A model generated the notes under the pieces. That model ran no database searches and was not told the origin of the DNA. It was given only the letters and a program-made list of their open reading frames with translations. From NCBI GenBank assembly GCA_965222155.1, contig CBDCTH010000012.1:1952001-2016000 (forward strand): a DNA stretch of 64,000 nt. Direction: 5' to 3'. Below are positions 48,924 to 60,270 of the stretch, piece after piece (positions within the stretch are counted from its first letter, which is position 1; every line of letters begins with the position of its first letter). The position numbers and the translations under genes were made by a program. The DNA is from Gammaproteobacteria bacterium (GTDB lineage Bacteria > Pseudomonadota > Gammaproteobacteria > Eutrophobiales > Eutrophobiaceae).

Positions 48924-50198
48924 TCAGAAATTGCAGCTCAGGCCCAGTTCGATGAAGCTGTCGCGGCGCGCATAGTAGTGGATATCCTCCCTGTCGATGC
49001 CGAGCAGGACAACCGCCTCCAGGTACAGCGACCAGCGGTCTGAGAGACGCCGGTCCAATCCGACAGCCAGAGAATGGGTAGCCCGTCCCAGGTCCCCGAT
49101 AAAACTTGCCGTCATTTCGGTGCTCTGAATATCATTGAACGCCAGGCGCGCGGCCGTGAAGAGTTCGTTTTCGAACGTGCCGGGCGAACGGCTCGGCGGC
49201 GCATCCCGGTCCCGGTCATCATAGTGCCATTCACCGAACAGGGTGAGGTCGGCAACAGTATTTAATATGGAATAGAGCGTGTATTCGCCACCAATGACGG
49301 ATGCCACGTAATCCTCTTCCCTGCCCAGCAGGTTCAGGGCGCCGGACCGTTGAATCGCCTCCAGCTTGAACAACCAGGGACCAAGGGTCAACTGGGCGTC
49401 CAGACCGAACTGGCGTATCTGGGTATAATATTGAACCAGATTCAGCTCGCCGCCGGGCGTGAAGTCCAATTGCGCGGCCGGCTCCCGGCTGGTGCCGTCG
49501 AACACGCTCAGCCCCATATCCAGGGGACCGAAACTGTTACTGTAGCGCGCGGCAAAATCCAGGTGCCACTCTTCGTCCGCGCTCTCATAGCGGATGTTGT
49601 CGTCGTCTATGACGAGCGGCAGGCGCAGACGGCCGCGCCGGCCCGAGAAGGTCCGGGCGCGATGATAGGGCAACCCGAACAATTCCAACACGCCCCAATC
49701 ACCCGATAAGGTAGCGTGAGCCATGGGTTGGCCCAGCTTGGCCATTCCGTCCGGATGTTCAACAAAATCGACCTGGTTGATGATATCGACCAGACGTTGC
49801 GATTCAACTACACCCCAGAACACCTGGTCCACACCCAGCCGCAGTTCCCATTCATTATCACCGATCCCGCCGAACAGCAGGAGGTAGGCTTCACGCAGGT
49901 CCACGTGGGTACGGCGCGGGTCCGCGGCATCGTAACGAAAAAAAGGCGCCAGGGTGAAGCTTCTGCCCTCGACGTCCTCAATGTAGAACTCCGGCTCAAG
50001 AACGAAGCCGCTTGCGTGGGAACGCTGGCCGGGATACAGGGCGGACTCCGGATACCAGCGACCATCGATGCCTATGCGGCCGGAAAATTCGTAATCGGCA
50101 ATTTCAACCCCCACGCTTGTTCCAGCAGCAACGATTGAAATCAAAAGCCAGACAACCCCGAAAACCGCACAGTAAAGGGCGCCACCGCGCGGCATCAA
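48924..50198 (-). CDS. Putative outer-membrane beta-barrel protein of the MMPL module
   Basis: Signal peptide, amphipathic beta pattern, DLREAY and FWGVVE motifs, terminal Phe. Confidence 0.7.
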   Translation of the reverse strand: MMPRGGALYCAVFGVVWLLISIVAAGTSVGVEIADYEFSGRIGIDGRWYPESALYPGQRSHASGFVLEPEFYIEDVEGRSFTLAPFFRYDAADPRRTHVDLREAYLLLFGGIGDNEWELRLGVDQVFWGVVESQRLVDIINQVDFVEHPDGMAKLGQPMAHATLSGDWGVLELFGLPYHRARTFSGRRGRLRLPLVIDDDNIRYESADEEWHLDFAARYSNSFGPLDMGLSVFDGTSREPAAQLDFTPGGELNLVQYYTQIRQFGLDAQLTLGPWLFKLEAIQRSGALNLLGREEDYVASVIGGEYTLYSILNTVADLTLFGEWHYDDRDRDAPPSRSPGTFENELFTAARLAFNDIQSTEMTASFIGDLGRATHSLAVGLDRRLSDRWSLYLEAVVLLGIDREDIHYYARRDSFIELGLSCNF

Positions 50199-51010
50199 CG
50201 CACCCGCTTCAAACCGGTTTGCGTGAAGTCTCGGTCATCCAGGTCGGTGCGGAACTGATATTCCGTCCAGGTCAGGTCAGTACTCTTCCCGGTGAGATGA
50301 TTGATCATGGTCATCTCGCCGGCATACCAGTAATTATCCAGGTACTGCTCGTAGTTGGCTAAAGTCAGCGTTTTCAAGTGCGCATCCTTGCGGTCGTAGT
50401 ACTCGACTTTCCAGGTGCGCAATTCGTCACGGTCGCGCCAGACCAGTTGGCGGCTGTAACCCGATTTCTTGTCAGTCGGGACGCGTTCGGAAACCGTGCA
50501 GGTCAACTCGCCGCATGGTTTGTCGTCCAGGTAACGGTAAGTATATTTCTCCACCTCCTGGGCGCCCATGTCTTCATAGGAAAATTCACTACCCATGAAA
50601 GATCCGGAACGATTCGACGAACTGATGCGTTTGACCCGTTTCAGGGCGGGCAAATAAAGCCATTGATCGTCCGCTTCCACCTTGTGAGAATGGATAAGAA
50701 AAGCAGTCCCTTCTACGTCGCGTGGTTCATCGAACACAAACAGACTCTTGTCACCGTCGTCCTCCACCTCAAGTACCTTTACCCTGATAGAACGCCGGCT
50801 TTCCTGTCCCTGTTTGTTACGCAATATCATGGTCTGGCGCGCCGTGAAATTGCCGAAACCCTTTGCTTGTCCAGCGGCTGCTTGCGCAATTTTCAACCCG
50901 ATTTCTTCGGCGCTTGCATTATCAGCTATTGCGCCCGGCAACGTACCCAGACACACCAGCACGGTAACGAACAATGAAAATACAGGCCGGATGAAACATG
51001 CGTACATCAT
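50195..51010 (-). CDS. Outer-membrane lipoprotein-sorting (LolA-like) protein
   Basis: DVEGTAFL, DDQWLYLPALKRVKRI, FMGSEFSYED; start 51010 (AGGAGA RBS) or 51061. Confidence 0.85.
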   Translation of the reverse strand: MMYACFIRPVFSLFVTVLVCLGTLPGAIADNASAEEIGLKIAQAAAGQAKGFGNFTARQTMILRNKQGQESRRSIRVKVLEVEDDGDKSLFVFDEPRDVEGTAFLIHSHKVEADDQWLYLPALKRVKRISSSNRSGSFMGSEFSYEDMGAQEVEKYTYRYLDDKPCGELTCTVSERVPTDKKSGYSRQLVWRDRDELRTWKVEYYDRKDAHLKTLTLANYEQYLDNYWYAGEMTMINHLTGKSTDLTWTEYQFRTDLDDRDFTQTGLKRVR

Positions 51011-51057
51011 GTTTCTCCTGTCGATGACTGTCAGCAGGGCAATAGTGTATGTACGTA

Positions 51058-53337
51058 TCATAATTTCTTCCTGTCGATAGCTAACAACAGCGGCGGGAGA
51101 AGCAGGAAATCGGCGAGGACCGCAAACATAATCGTGCTCGTTACCAGGAGGCCGAGTGACCAACTGACCTCGAATCCCGATAAGGCGAATACCAGGAAGC
51201 CTGCCGCCAATACCAGGGTGGTGGTCCATAGTGCTTGTCCCACGGTGCAAAAGGTATAGCGCACGGCTTCCGGCGCCGGGAGACCCTCGCGCCGGGCTTT
51301 CAAATATTTGCTCAGGAAATGAGTAGTGTCGTCCACAATAATGCCGAACGCGATTGCGGTCGTTACGGAACCGGCAAGACCTACCTGGCCGACCAGATAG
51401 CCCCACAGGCCGAAGCTCATGGCCGCGGGAACGAAGTTGGGCACAAGACTGATGAGACCGAGGCGCACGCTTTTGAAAACCCAGATAAAAATGAACGAAA
51501 TAAGACCCATGGCGATAATCGTGGCGCGCAACATGCTATTGATGTTGCGTTGGGAAAGGTGAGCAAAGGTCATGCTGACGCCCGTTGCCGGGGCCGCCAG
51601 GTCGGGGGCATTAGCCTGGAGCCAGGCCAGTGCGCGCGCATCGAGTTCGCGCTGTTGCTTGGACGTCAGGCTACGCAGCACGACGGTCATACGCGTTGCG
51701 GATTTGGCGATATCAATACGGTCATTGAGATCTTTGCCGAACGGCAGCGAAAACTCGTAAAGCAACAGGTATTGCGCGGCAAGCTCCGGGTCGGCGGGTA
51801 TTCGGTAGAAGGCCGGATCCTCGCCGTGCATGTTCTTGTTCAGGCGTTTCATGATGTCCGGAAAAGCTCTGACGTGGGTCACTTCGGGCTGGCCCCGATA
51901 CCATTCGGCGAATGTATTGACCGTGCGCAGGTAATCGGGATCGGTGATGCCGCCTTCACTCCCCGCCTCAAGCGAATACTCCAGCGTTTCCATGCCGGTC
52001 AGGTTTTCAAGGACGAAGTCCGTAGCGCGTCGGAACTCGTAACGCTCGTCGAAATACTGCGTCCAATTGTCGGTCAACTCATTGCGGGGAATGCCCGAGA
52101 TCAGAGCAACTGTCAGAAGGGCGAAGAACCAGAGCAGGAATTTGCTGCGTGCGACGACAAAGGCGCCGAACCGGTCGAAGAATCCAGGCCGATCAGTGCG
52201 GACGGGACGGGCGCGCAAGGGCAGGATCGAAAGCAACGCCGGCAAGAGCGTCATGGAATAGACAAAGGCGCATAGCACGCCAAACGCCACCATATTGCCC
52301 AGAACGTGAAAAGGCGGCGAATCCGAGGCATTCAAGGTGAGGAACCCGCCCGCGGTCGTGACCGACGTGAGAAAAACCGGCCAGGCATTGCTGCGCAGCG
52401 ATTCGATAATCGCCTCATTTCTACTCAAACCCCGGTTCACACCCGCCAAAGTGGCCGTGATGATGTGGATGGAATCCGCCACGGCAATCGTCATGATGAT
52501 GATCGGCACGCCGGAATTGGCTGGATTGAACACCGTGCCGGTCCAACCGGCAAACCCCATGGCCGTGTTGACGGTGAACACAACCACGATAACGGTGACC
52601 AGGGTGCCGAATACGGATCGCAGAAGAACGCCGGTCAACACCGCGATGACAAGGAATACGAGTGGTACGAGTTTTTCCAAATCGTCCTTTGTGACGTCGG
52701 CGAAGGCGCGATTCATGACAACGTCGCCGGTGAGGTAATAAGCGATGTCCGCATGGCTCGAGCGGGCCTGGTCCAGGAGCGCGTTGAGATAATCGGTTAT
52801 TTCAACCACAGCAGCATCCGGGTTTTCGGGCAGAACGAAATTGATCGCCATCCCGGCCACGCGTCCGTCATGGGCGACCAGGCGCCCGGCAATAGCGACC
52901 GCGTTCAGTGCGATCTCTTCGACTCTCTTCAGGTCGGCGTCACTCAACGACTGCGCGTCACCGACGAGCGGTTCGACAATCAAATCGTCGCCGAACGCCT
53001 CGCTATGGGAATAATTGGTAAGAGAGTCGACGCGATTGGAATAAGGCGTACGCCACGCGGCTTCGGTCAACTCCTCCAGTGCGCCAAGCGTCTCCCGGGT
53101 GAACACTGAGCCCTCCCGGGGAGCGAGGGCAATCAGCGCCGTATGGGACACGGAGTAGGTGTTCTCCAGGTCGTCGAAAGCCGCTAGTTGCGGATTGTCT
53201 TCGTCGAACAGGCTGCGGTAATCGTTGGTGACGCCGATGAAGCGGGCGCCCCCGGCCACAAATGTTGCGACCGCAACGACCAGCCACCGGCGACGCAGAA
53301 TGACGGCGATACAGCGGTCCAATAATACAGGACTCAT
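51058..53337 (-). CDS. MMPL/RND-family transporter
   Basis: Two-repeat multi-TM topology; IAVADSIH, TSVTT, GIIVDDTTH motifs. Confidence 0.9.
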   Translation of the reverse strand: MSPVLLDRCIAVILRRRWLVVAVATFVAGGARFIGVTNDYRSLFDEDNPQLAAFDDLENTYSVSHTALIALAPREGSVFTRETLGALEELTEAAWRTPYSNRVDSLTNYSHSEAFGDDLIVEPLVGDAQSLSDADLKRVEEIALNAVAIAGRLVAHDGRVAGMAINFVLPENPDAAVVEITDYLNALLDQARSSHADIAYYLTGDVVMNRAFADVTKDDLEKLVPLVFLVIAVLTGVLLRSVFGTLVTVIVVVFTVNTAMGFAGWTGTVFNPANSGVPIIIMTIAVADSIHIITATLAGVNRGLSRNEAIIESLRSNAWPVFLTSVTTAGGFLTLNASDSPPFHVLGNMVAFGVLCAFVYSMTLLPALLSILPLRARPVRTDRPGFFDRFGAFVVARSKFLLWFFALLTVALISGIPRNELTDNWTQYFDERYEFRRATDFVLENLTGMETLEYSLEAGSEGGITDPDYLRTVNTFAEWYRGQPEVTHVRAFPDIMKRLNKNMHGEDPAFYRIPADPELAAQYLLLYEFSLPFGKDLNDRIDIAKSATRMTVVLRSLTSKQQRELDARALAWLQANAPDLAAPATGVSMTFAHLSQRNINSMLRATIIAMGLISFIFIWVFKSVRLGLISLVPNFVPAAMSFGLWGYLVGQVGLAGSVTTAIAFGIIVDDTTHFLSKYLKARREGLPAPEAVRYTFCTVGQALWTTTLVLAAGFLVFALSGFEVSWSLGLLVTSTIMFAVLADFLLLPPLLLAIDRKKL

Positions 53338-53431
53338 CGCCTCAACTATTACTGGCTGGAAGCGGTAGCGAACTCATACGACACGCATGCACGGCGTTAT
53401 CGATACTGCCAACTGCAGGTGGCTTCGTTCC

Positions 53432-54658
53432 CTACCACTCGATTGATTTTGTCGTATGGGCGTGGTTGGGCATCCTGTAACTCAGCCCACCCTCGTCATA
53501 CACCGAAATTTGGAGAAGCTGGGTAAAATTTCCTGCCCTGATCAACGGTGTGCCCTTCAGCAATCGCTTAATACGTTCTTTCGTCCGGAAAGCAAACAAT
53601 GTACCTATGGTAGGGTACTTTGGAAACTGGAACCCGTCAGCGAGCCGGTTTCCTATAAGCGCGCGTGAGAGACGGTAAGCCAAAGCCAGCAACTTTTCCC
53701 TTTCAACCGGATCTGCTATACCCGCAACTGACGGAATGGCCTGGATCAGCGTGTTCGCCACGGCTATCGAATCGGCGTCTGCCGGCGGCTCGCACACGTA
53801 GCCGACCTTGTAAATATTATCCGCCTCTGCGGTGTTGCTATAGAGGATGGTGTCAGGGATCCCCATGAGATAGCCGGCGTAGCGCCAGATACTCATAACA
53901 CTCTCTCGTTCTTCTTTGTTGAAATTCGCTCCCATCAATTTCGAGTAATCCAACAAGCGCTTGGAAAAGACGGAGATGGCATAACCCAGGTGTGCTGTGC
54001 TTACCGGCACGCCCCAGGCTTCGTGATTCCAATCATCGGAGTTAGCCAGCAGGGTCCTTATTCGACTATGAACGAAGCGAATGCGCGTGGATAACTTCCA
54101 GCCGTCACCGTCTCTTTGCAGGCCACCGGGAAAAAATATTTCCAACATATGGCGATTATTCTGCTGGAGACGTCTTTTGGTCGCCGCCACGCGTCCGGTA
54201 ATTTTGAAAGACTTGGCGATACGCGTCGAAAAACCTTCCACCAGCACCCCGGTAACGAATGCGACCAACATGAGGTCTACGTTTGGGTGGAAGGCGCGAA
54301 TGCCCGGCTCGAAGGCGCTGTGGTTGAGCCAGGGAGGCTGCTCTTCAAGATTTTTGAAAAAATCGCGTAAGACCTGCGGCGCCTTGCGCACAACCCCATC
54401 ATCATGTTGCTCTATGGCGGCCCCGATGAACCGGTGCAGGTCGTTCGGAGGCATTGAGGAGAGTTCCTGCATTACCGGGTCCAACTCAGGGTCGCCAATC
54501 AAGGTATGTTTGATGTAGTTGTCGGCAAGCGCCTGGTCGAGGCGGCGGGCTTGCTGGTAGCTCTCGACGTAATCTGATGGAATTATTGTGTCATCTTCCC
54601 CCCCCCCCCCCCCAATCAACTTAATGGAACCTCTAATAATAGACATTTTTCGATACAC
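53432..54658 (-). CDS. MpaB/Lcp-like (DUF2236-type) oxygenase family protein
   Basis: GDPELD, PPWL, RRLQQN, RIRFVHSRIR, WGVPVS, WRYAGYLMGI; N-terminus uncertain (G16 tract and MITE). Confidence 0.75.
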   Translation of the reverse strand: MYRKMSIIRGSIKLIGGGGGEDDTIIPSDYVESYQQARRLDQALADNYIKHTLIGDPELDPVMQELSSMPPNDLHRFIGAAIEQHDDGVVRKAPQVLRDFFKNLEEQPPWLNHSAFEPGIRAFHPNVDLMLVAFVTGVLVEGFSTRIAKSFKITGRVAATKRRLQQNNRHMLEIFFPGGLQRDGDGWKLSTRIRFVHSRIRTLLANSDDWNHEAWGVPVSTAHLGYAISVFSKRLLDYSKLMGANFNKEERESVMSIWRYAGYLMGIPDTILYSNTAEADNIYKVGYVCEPPADADSIAVANTLIQAIPSVAGIADPVEREKLLALAYRLSRALIGNRLADGFQFPKYPTIGTLFAFRTKERIKRLLKGTPLIRAGNFTQLLQISVYDEGGLSYRMPNHAHTTKSIEW

Positions 54659-54724
54659 AGGGTCGCTAACTTATTGAAATCATTGACTGCTAATATATCA
54701 ATTTGTGAATAAATAGAGGTTCAC
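54625..54724. mobile_element. Small MITE-like element flanked by TTAA
   Basis: TTAA-TGGAACCTCTAATAAT ... AATAAATAGAGGTTCAC-TTAA (imperfect TIR). Confidence 0.6.
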
Positions 54725-54760
54725 TTAAAAGAGCACCTATAATAATAAAGCGTTGTGTTG

Positions 54761-55735
54761 TCAAGCATTTTGTCGAGCCTGCTCGCTCCTTGTCGTTCCG
54801 GCGTAAAGTTCCCGCGGCAGTGAAAACACCACGCTTTCCTGTATCCCCGGCGCTTCCACCACGCTGTTAACGCCCCACGCCTTCAGCTTTTCAATGACTT
54901 CTTCAACCAGGACTTCCGGCGCGGACGCGCCCGCGGTCAGGCCAATATTGGACTTGCCCTCCAGCCATTCCCGCTGAATTTCAGAGACGTTATCTATCAG
55001 GTAGGCAGGCACGCCCTTTTTCTGGGACAATTCCATCAGACGGGTCGAATTGGAACTGTTTGGCGAACCGACGACCAGGATCAGGTCACAATCACCCGTC
55101 AGTTTTTTTACCGCGTCCTGGCGGTTTTGCGTGGCATAGCAGATATCCTCTTTTTTGGGGCCGACTATTTCCGGAAACCGCCGGCGCAATACATCGATCA
55201 CCTCCGCGGTATCATCCACAGACAGGGTGGTTTGGGTTACAAACGCGAGAAACTCAGGCTTTTTTACTTCCAGTCTTTCAACGTCTTCAACCGACTCCAC
55301 CAGATACATGGCGCCGGCGCCGTTTATGGAACGATATTGACCCAGGGTACCTTCCACCTCGGGATGGCCCGCGTGACCGATAAGGATACATTCCCTGCCC
55401 TCAGCCTGGTAACGGTCCACCTCCATGTGTACTTTTGTCACCAACGGACAGATCGCATCATAAACCCGCAGTTTTCTTTTTGCGGCCACCTCCCTCACGA
55501 CTTTGGAAACCCCGTGGGCACTGAAAATAACCACCGAATCATCCGGTACTTCATCCAGTTCATTAACGAATACCGCACCTTTATTCCGCAACGTGTCTAC
55601 CACGTATTTATTATGGACTACCTCGTGACGCACATAGACGGGCATGCCGAATAAATTCAACGCCCGCTCAACAATCTCAATCGCCCGATCCACACCCGCA
55701 CAGAAACCACGCGGGTTAGCCAATGTTATCTGCAT
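54761..55735 (-). CDS. ispH: 4-hydroxy-3-methylbut-2-enyl diphosphate reductase
   Basis: [45 protein letters not shown]. Confidence 0.98.
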   Translation of the reverse strand: MQITLANPRGFCAGVDRAIEIVERALNLFGMPVYVRHEVVHNKYVVDTLRNKGAVFVNELDEVPDDSVVIFSAHGVSKVVREVAAKRKLRVYDAICPLVTKVHMEVDRYQAEGRECILIGHAGHPEVEGTLGQYRSINGAGAMYLVESVEDVERLEVKKPEFLAFVTQTTLSVDDTAEVIDVLRRRFPEIVGPKKEDICYATQNRQDAVKKLTGDCDLILVVGSPNSSNSTRLMELSQKKGVPAYLIDNVSEIQREWLEGKSNIGLTAGASAPEVLVEEVIEKLKAWGVNSVVEAPGIQESVVFSLPRELYAGTTRSEQARQNA

Positions 55736-55812
55736 CTGTATATCCACCTTGTTTTCAAGCAGGTTTACATTATATACCATATCTTTCCCTTTATCCTACG
55801 AATGCGATAAGC

Positions 55813-55835
55813 GGGGACAGATTTAAATCTGTCCC
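55813..55835. repeat. GGGGACAGATTTAAATCTGTCCC palindrome
   Basis: Perfect palindromic core; family seen four times. Confidence 0.8.
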
Positions 55836-55841
55836 TCTTCC

Positions 55842-56309
55842 CTACGGTCTTTTGAACGCGTCGATGATCAGCATGAAGGCGCCGACCGTGATGGCAGAAT
55901 CGGCGATATTGAATACCGGCCATGACCACTTGTCATAATACACTTCAATAAAATCAATCACGTAACCGTATTGTAACCGATCCCACAGGTTTCCGACAGC
56001 GCCGCCGATAATCAAGGCCAGGGCGCAGGCCAGTGATGCGCGCCTGGCGGGTAAACGCACCAGCCAGATCAACAGAACGGCACTGATGCCCGTTGTCAAA
56101 ATAATAAAAAAATAACGCTGCCAGCCACCCGCATCCCGAAGAAAACTGAATGCGGCGCCGGTATTGTGGACCAGGGTCAGGTTGAATCCATGGAATACCG
56201 GCTGGGCCTGGTTAAACACCAGCCACTGGCTTGCCGCAGACTTGCTCAACTGGTCCAGGATAATAACCAGCAGGGTTATCCAGAGCCAGCGCAAATTAGC
56301 AGTTTTCAT
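55842..56309 (-). CDS. lspA: Lipoprotein signal peptidase
   Basis: DQLSK, NTGAAFS, GGAVGNLWDR, VIDF, FNIAD. Confidence 0.98.
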   Translation of the reverse strand: MKTANLRWLWITLLVIILDQLSKSAASQWLVFNQAQPVFHGFNLTLVHNTGAAFSFLRDAGGWQRYFFIILTTGISAVLLIWLVRLPARRASLACALALIIGGAVGNLWDRLQYGYVIDFIEVYYDKWSWPVFNIADSAITVGAFMLIIDAFKRP

Positions 56310-56312
56310 GAT

Positions 56313-56489
56313 TTAATTTACATGGATTCACAGGATGTACAGGATTTCAATATTGCTGTTAGTCAGCTTCAAACACTCACGCTGGTTTATGATAAACAAG
56401 AAACTCCCCCCATAACCTATTACTTCATCGATAGACATGCACTACCGACAAAAAATATCCTGTATATCCTGTTCATCCATGTAAATTAA
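56313..56489. repeat. Inverted arms of tandem 9-mers (ACAGGAT type)
   Basis: TTAATTTACATGGATTCACAGGATGTACAGGAT ... ATCCTGTATATCCTGTTCATCCATGTAAATTAA. Confidence 0.85.
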
Positions 56490-56492
56490 AAA

Positions 56493-59306
56493 TCATGAAA
56501 AATAACGGGCTTCGCCGGCCCCGTCCACGTTGAGCACGCAACGGCCACACAACTCCGGGTGAGCCGGGTCAATACCGATATCCTCACAGCGATGCCAGCA
56601 ACGCACACATTTACTATGAGACGAGGCCGTCACATTAATCCAGAGGTCATCCAGTTCACTTTTCCTGGCGTTTTTCGGCCTGTTTTCATGCGCGTACACA
56701 TCCGCTCGGGAAGTAATGAATATAAACCGCAACTCATCTCCCAGGTACTCCAGGGCGGTCCGGATAGCGCCGTTACAATATATCTGTACCTCCGCGTCCA
56801 GGGATGAACCTATGCTGCCCGCGGCGCGCAACCGCTCCAGTTCTTTACTGACCTCCTCGCGCACCCTGATCACCCTGGGCCAGTGATCGGCAACAGCAAC
56901 GGCGGGGAAACCGTCATACCAGTCCTCCAGGAAAACTGAGCCGCTGCGTTGCCCTGGCAGGTGTTGCCAGATTTCATCGGCGGTAAAGCTCAGGATGGGC
57001 GCCAGCCAGCGCACAAAAGCCTCGGTTATGTGAAACATGCTCGTCTGCGCCGAACGACGCGCCAAACTGTATTCCTGCAACGTATAGATACGGTCCTTGA
57101 TAATGTCAAGATAGAAACCGCCCAGTGTCACTACACAGTAATGATGCAATTTCTGGTAGATTAGATGGAACTGGTATTCAGCGTAAGCCCGAATGATCTC
57201 TTCCTGTAACCTGCGCGTTTCAGCCAATACCCATTTATCCAGTTCCAGCATGTCATCCGCGGGAACACAGTGTTCGGCCGGATCAAATTGATACAGGTTA
57301 GCCAGCAAGTAGCGAGCGGTATTCCGAATCCTGCGATAGGCATCTGCCATACGCTTGAGAATCTCATCGGATACGTTCATCTCGCCGCGGTAATCGGTGG
57401 CCGCAACCCATAACCGCAGTATGTCCGCGCCAAGGGTCTGCATGACTCTTTGCGGAGCTATCACGTTGCCCAGTGACTTGGACATTTTCATACCTTTGGC
57501 GTCAACAGTGAACCCGTGGGTAAGCACGCCGCGATAAGGCGCCTGCTTTCTTATCCCGACTGAGGTCAACAATGATGATTGGAACCATCCCCGGTGCTGA
57601 TCCGATCCTTCCAGGTACAAATCTGCCGGGAAGCCCAGTCTCTCATCGAGTTCCAGCACGGAGGCATGGGTAACGCCGGAATCAAACCACACATCCAGCG
57701 TATCCGTCACCTTGGTATAGCGTTGCGCGTCCTCACCCAGTAATTCCCCGGCCTCAAGCTCGAACCAGCCGTCGATCCCCGTCTGTTCAATCTTCTGCGC
57801 GGCCGCCTCAATCAAATGGGGCGTGTCCGGGTGTAACTCTCCTGATTGTTTATCAATAAATACCGCAATCGGCACACCCCATGTCCGTTGCCGGGATATA
57901 CACCAGTCGGTACGCTCATCCACCATACCGTGAATCCTCTGATGCCCCCATTCCGGAGTCCAACACACCTTGTCGATTTCCTTCAATGCCCTGGCCCGCA
58001 ACCCATGTTCATCCATGCTGAAAAACCATTGCGGCGTTGCCCGGAAGATAACGGGGGATTTATGCCGCCAACAGTGAGGGTAACTATGCCGAACCGTCGT
58101 TTCGACCAGTAAATGATTCCTGTCGATGAGGACTTCAATGATATGGGAGTTCGCCTTGAATACGTGCTCACCGGCAAACAGTCCGGTATCGTCATGAAAA
58201 CAGCCATTATCAGCAACGGGATTACTGATAGGCAGGTCATATTTCACGCCCACATTGTAATCATCGACGCCGTGCCCCGGTGAAGTGTGTACCGCACCGG
58301 TGCCGGTTTCCAGGGTCACGTGCTCCCCCAATATCACTGGAACCCGGTAACTATAAAATGGATGTTGCAGCTCCACACCTTCAAGCGCCGCCCCTTTCAA
58401 TGAAGCCAGTACCCGATAATCCTCAATCCCGTAGCGATGTAATGCCGAGGAGGCCAGTTTTTGCGCCAGGATCAACCTCTCCCTGCCACGCGCTGAATCA
58501 CACTGCACGACAAGGTAGTCAAACCCCGGGTTAAGCGCTACCGCCCGGTTTGCCGGCAAGGTCCACGGCGTGGTGGTCCAGATAACAAAAAACAGTTCGC
58601 CTTCTCCCCTGTCACCGGGTTTACCCGGCATCCTGCTGAAAACGGCATCCTCATCGACAACGGGGAAACATACGTCTATCGCAGGGGATTGTTTGTCAAT
58701 ATATTCAACTTCCGCTTCCGCCAGGGCCGAACCGCAATCGATGCACCAGTACACGGGTTTGAACCCCCGATCCAGGTGTCCGGCTTTGATCATCTTTCCC
58801 AGCGATCGAACAATATCGGCTTCGGTTTTATAATTCATCGTCAGGTAAGGTCTGTCCCAATCACCCAGCACGCCCAATCGTTGGAAATCAATTTTCTGTT
58901 TGTCTATCTGTTTTTGCGCGTATTCCCGACAGGCATTGCGAAACGTGCGCGCGTCAACCCTGGCGCCGGCCTTACCGATTTTCTTTTCCACCTGGTGCTC
59001 AATAGGCAACCCATGACAGTCCCAGCCGGGCACGTAGGGACAATCCAGCCCATCCAGCCCGTGTGATTTGATGATAATGTCCTTCAGAATTTTATTGACT
59101 GCATGCCCCAAATGGATATCACCGTTTGCATAAGGAGGGCCGTCATGCAGGATATATTTCTTTCTGCCGGCCTTGCGCTGCCTGATTTGAGCGTAAATAT
59201 CCTGTTCCTGCCAGCGTTGCAACATTTCCGGTTCACGCCGGGCCAGATTGCCTTTCATGGGAAAATCCGTTTTCGGTAAATTCAAGCTGTCTTTATAATC
59301 AGTCAT
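56493..59306 (-). CDS. ileS: Isoleucine-tRNA ligase
   Basis: [27 protein letters not shown]-terminal zinc finger. Confidence 0.98.
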   Translation of the reverse strand: MTDYKDSLNLPKTDFPMKGNLARREPEMLQRWQEQDIYAQIRQRKAGRKKYILHDGPPYANGDIHLGHAVNKILKDIIIKSHGLDGLDCPYVPGWDCHGLPIEHQVEKKIGKAGARVDARTFRNACREYAQKQIDKQKIDFQRLGVLGDWDRPYLTMNYKTEADIVRSLGKMIKAGHLDRGFKPVYWCIDCGSALAEAEVEYIDKQSPAIDVCFPVVDEDAVFSRMPGKPGDRGEGELFFVIWTTTPWTLPANRAVALNPGFDYLVVQCDSARGRERLILAQKLASSALHRYGIEDYRVLASLKGAALEGVELQHPFYSYRVPVILGEHVTLETGTGAVHTSPGHGVDDYNVGVKYDLPISNPVADNGCFHDDTGLFAGEHVFKANSHIIEVLIDRNHLLVETTVRHSYPHCWRHKSPVIFRATPQWFFSMDEHGLRARALKEIDKVCWTPEWGHQRIHGMVDERTDWCISRQRTWGVPIAVFIDKQSGELHPDTPHLIEAAAQKIEQTGIDGWFELEAGELLGEDAQRYTKVTDTLDVWFDSGVTHASVLELDERLGFPADLYLEGSDQHRGWFQSSLLTSVGIRKQAPYRGVLTHGFTVDAKGMKMSKSLGNVIAPQRVMQTLGADILRLWVAATDYRGEMNVSDEILKRMADAYRRIRNTARYLLANLYQFDPAEHCVPADDMLELDKWVLAETRRLQEEIIRAYAEYQFHLIYQKLHHYCVVTLGGFYLDIIKDRIYTLQEYSLARRSAQTSMFHITEAFVRWLAPILSFTADEIWQHLPGQRSGSVFLEDWYDGFPAVAVADHWPRVIRVREEVSKELERLRAAGSIGSSLDAEVQIYCNGAIRTALEYLGDELRFIFITSRADVYAHENRPKNARKSELDDLWINVTASSHSKCVRCWHRCEDIGIDPAHPELCGRCVLNVDGAGEARYFS

Positions 59307-60246
59307 GGCCTTCCAGGTCGATTTCAGTGAAAAATTCCCTGGCTGTCTTAATATCCGTCGCGATCTGCGCTACCAGTTCATCAATCGAGGAAAATTTTCT
59401 TTCATCGCGCAGGCGTTTGAAAAACTCGACACTGATATGTTTGCCGTAAATCATCTTATCGAAATCAAACAAATGCGCCTCCAGCAATAATTTTTTTTCA
59501 TCGAATACCGGACGCGTACCCAGGTTGGCGACTCCCAGGTGCGTTGCTTCATCAGCTCCCTTGACACTCACGGCAAACACACCCCGGAGCGGGACGAAGC
59601 GCTTGCTGAGATTGATGTTAGCGGTGGGAAAGCCAAGCTGGCGTCCCCGTTTTGCGCCATGAACGACGCGCCCGCTGATACTGAAATAACGGCCCAATAA
59701 TAACTGCGCCTCCTCAAATCGGCTTTCCTGCAACCTGTCACGGATGCTGCTGCTGCTGACCCTGTCACCGTCGAGTTTATGGGTCTCCGTTAGAATAACG
59801 TCGAAATCCAGTCGTTTTCCGGCCTCCTGCAGCATGCTGAAATCACCGCGCCGGTTTTTACCGAACCTGAAATCATCACCGATTATAAGACGCTTCACCG
59901 ATAGATCATTAACCAGAATCTGTTCGATAAATTGTTCCGCCGACAGGTCGGCGATACCCTGCTGAAAGCGCAGACACAGTACCCGATCGATATTTTGTTG
60001 TTTGAGCATCTCCAGTTTTTCCCTGAAACTCGTTATCCTGGTAGGCGCCTCTCCTGATTGGAAAAACTCCTGGGGATGAGGCTCAAAGGTAATCACCAGG
60101 GCCGGCAAACCCATGACCTCCGCATGCCGCTTGAGCTGCCTGAGCACAGCCTGGTGTCCAAGATGAATCCCGTCATAGTTACCGATAGTGGCAACGCAGC
60201 CGCGATGTCGTGACTTGAGATTGTATGAATATCTGATCAGTTCCAT
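59299..60246 (-). CDS. ribF: Riboflavin kinase / FAD synthetase
   Basis: [36 protein letters not shown]. Confidence 0.97.
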   Translation of the reverse strand: MELIRYSYNLKSRHRGCVATIGNYDGIHLGHQAVLRQLKRHAEVMGLPALVITFEPHPQEFFQSGEAPTRITSFREKLEMLKQQNIDRVLCLRFQQGIADLSAEQFIEQILVNDLSVKRLIIGDDFRFGKNRRGDFSMLQEAGKRLDFDVILTETHKLDGDRVSSSSIRDRLQESRFEEAQLLLGRYFSISGRVVHGAKRGRQLGFPTANINLSKRFVPLRGVFAVSVKGADEATHLGVANLGTRPVFDEKKLLLEAHLFDFDKMIYGKHISVEFFKRLRDERKFSSIDELVAQIATDIKTAREFFTEIDLEGHD

Positions 60247-60270
60247 AATCAGGTATCAGAGAACAGGAAA

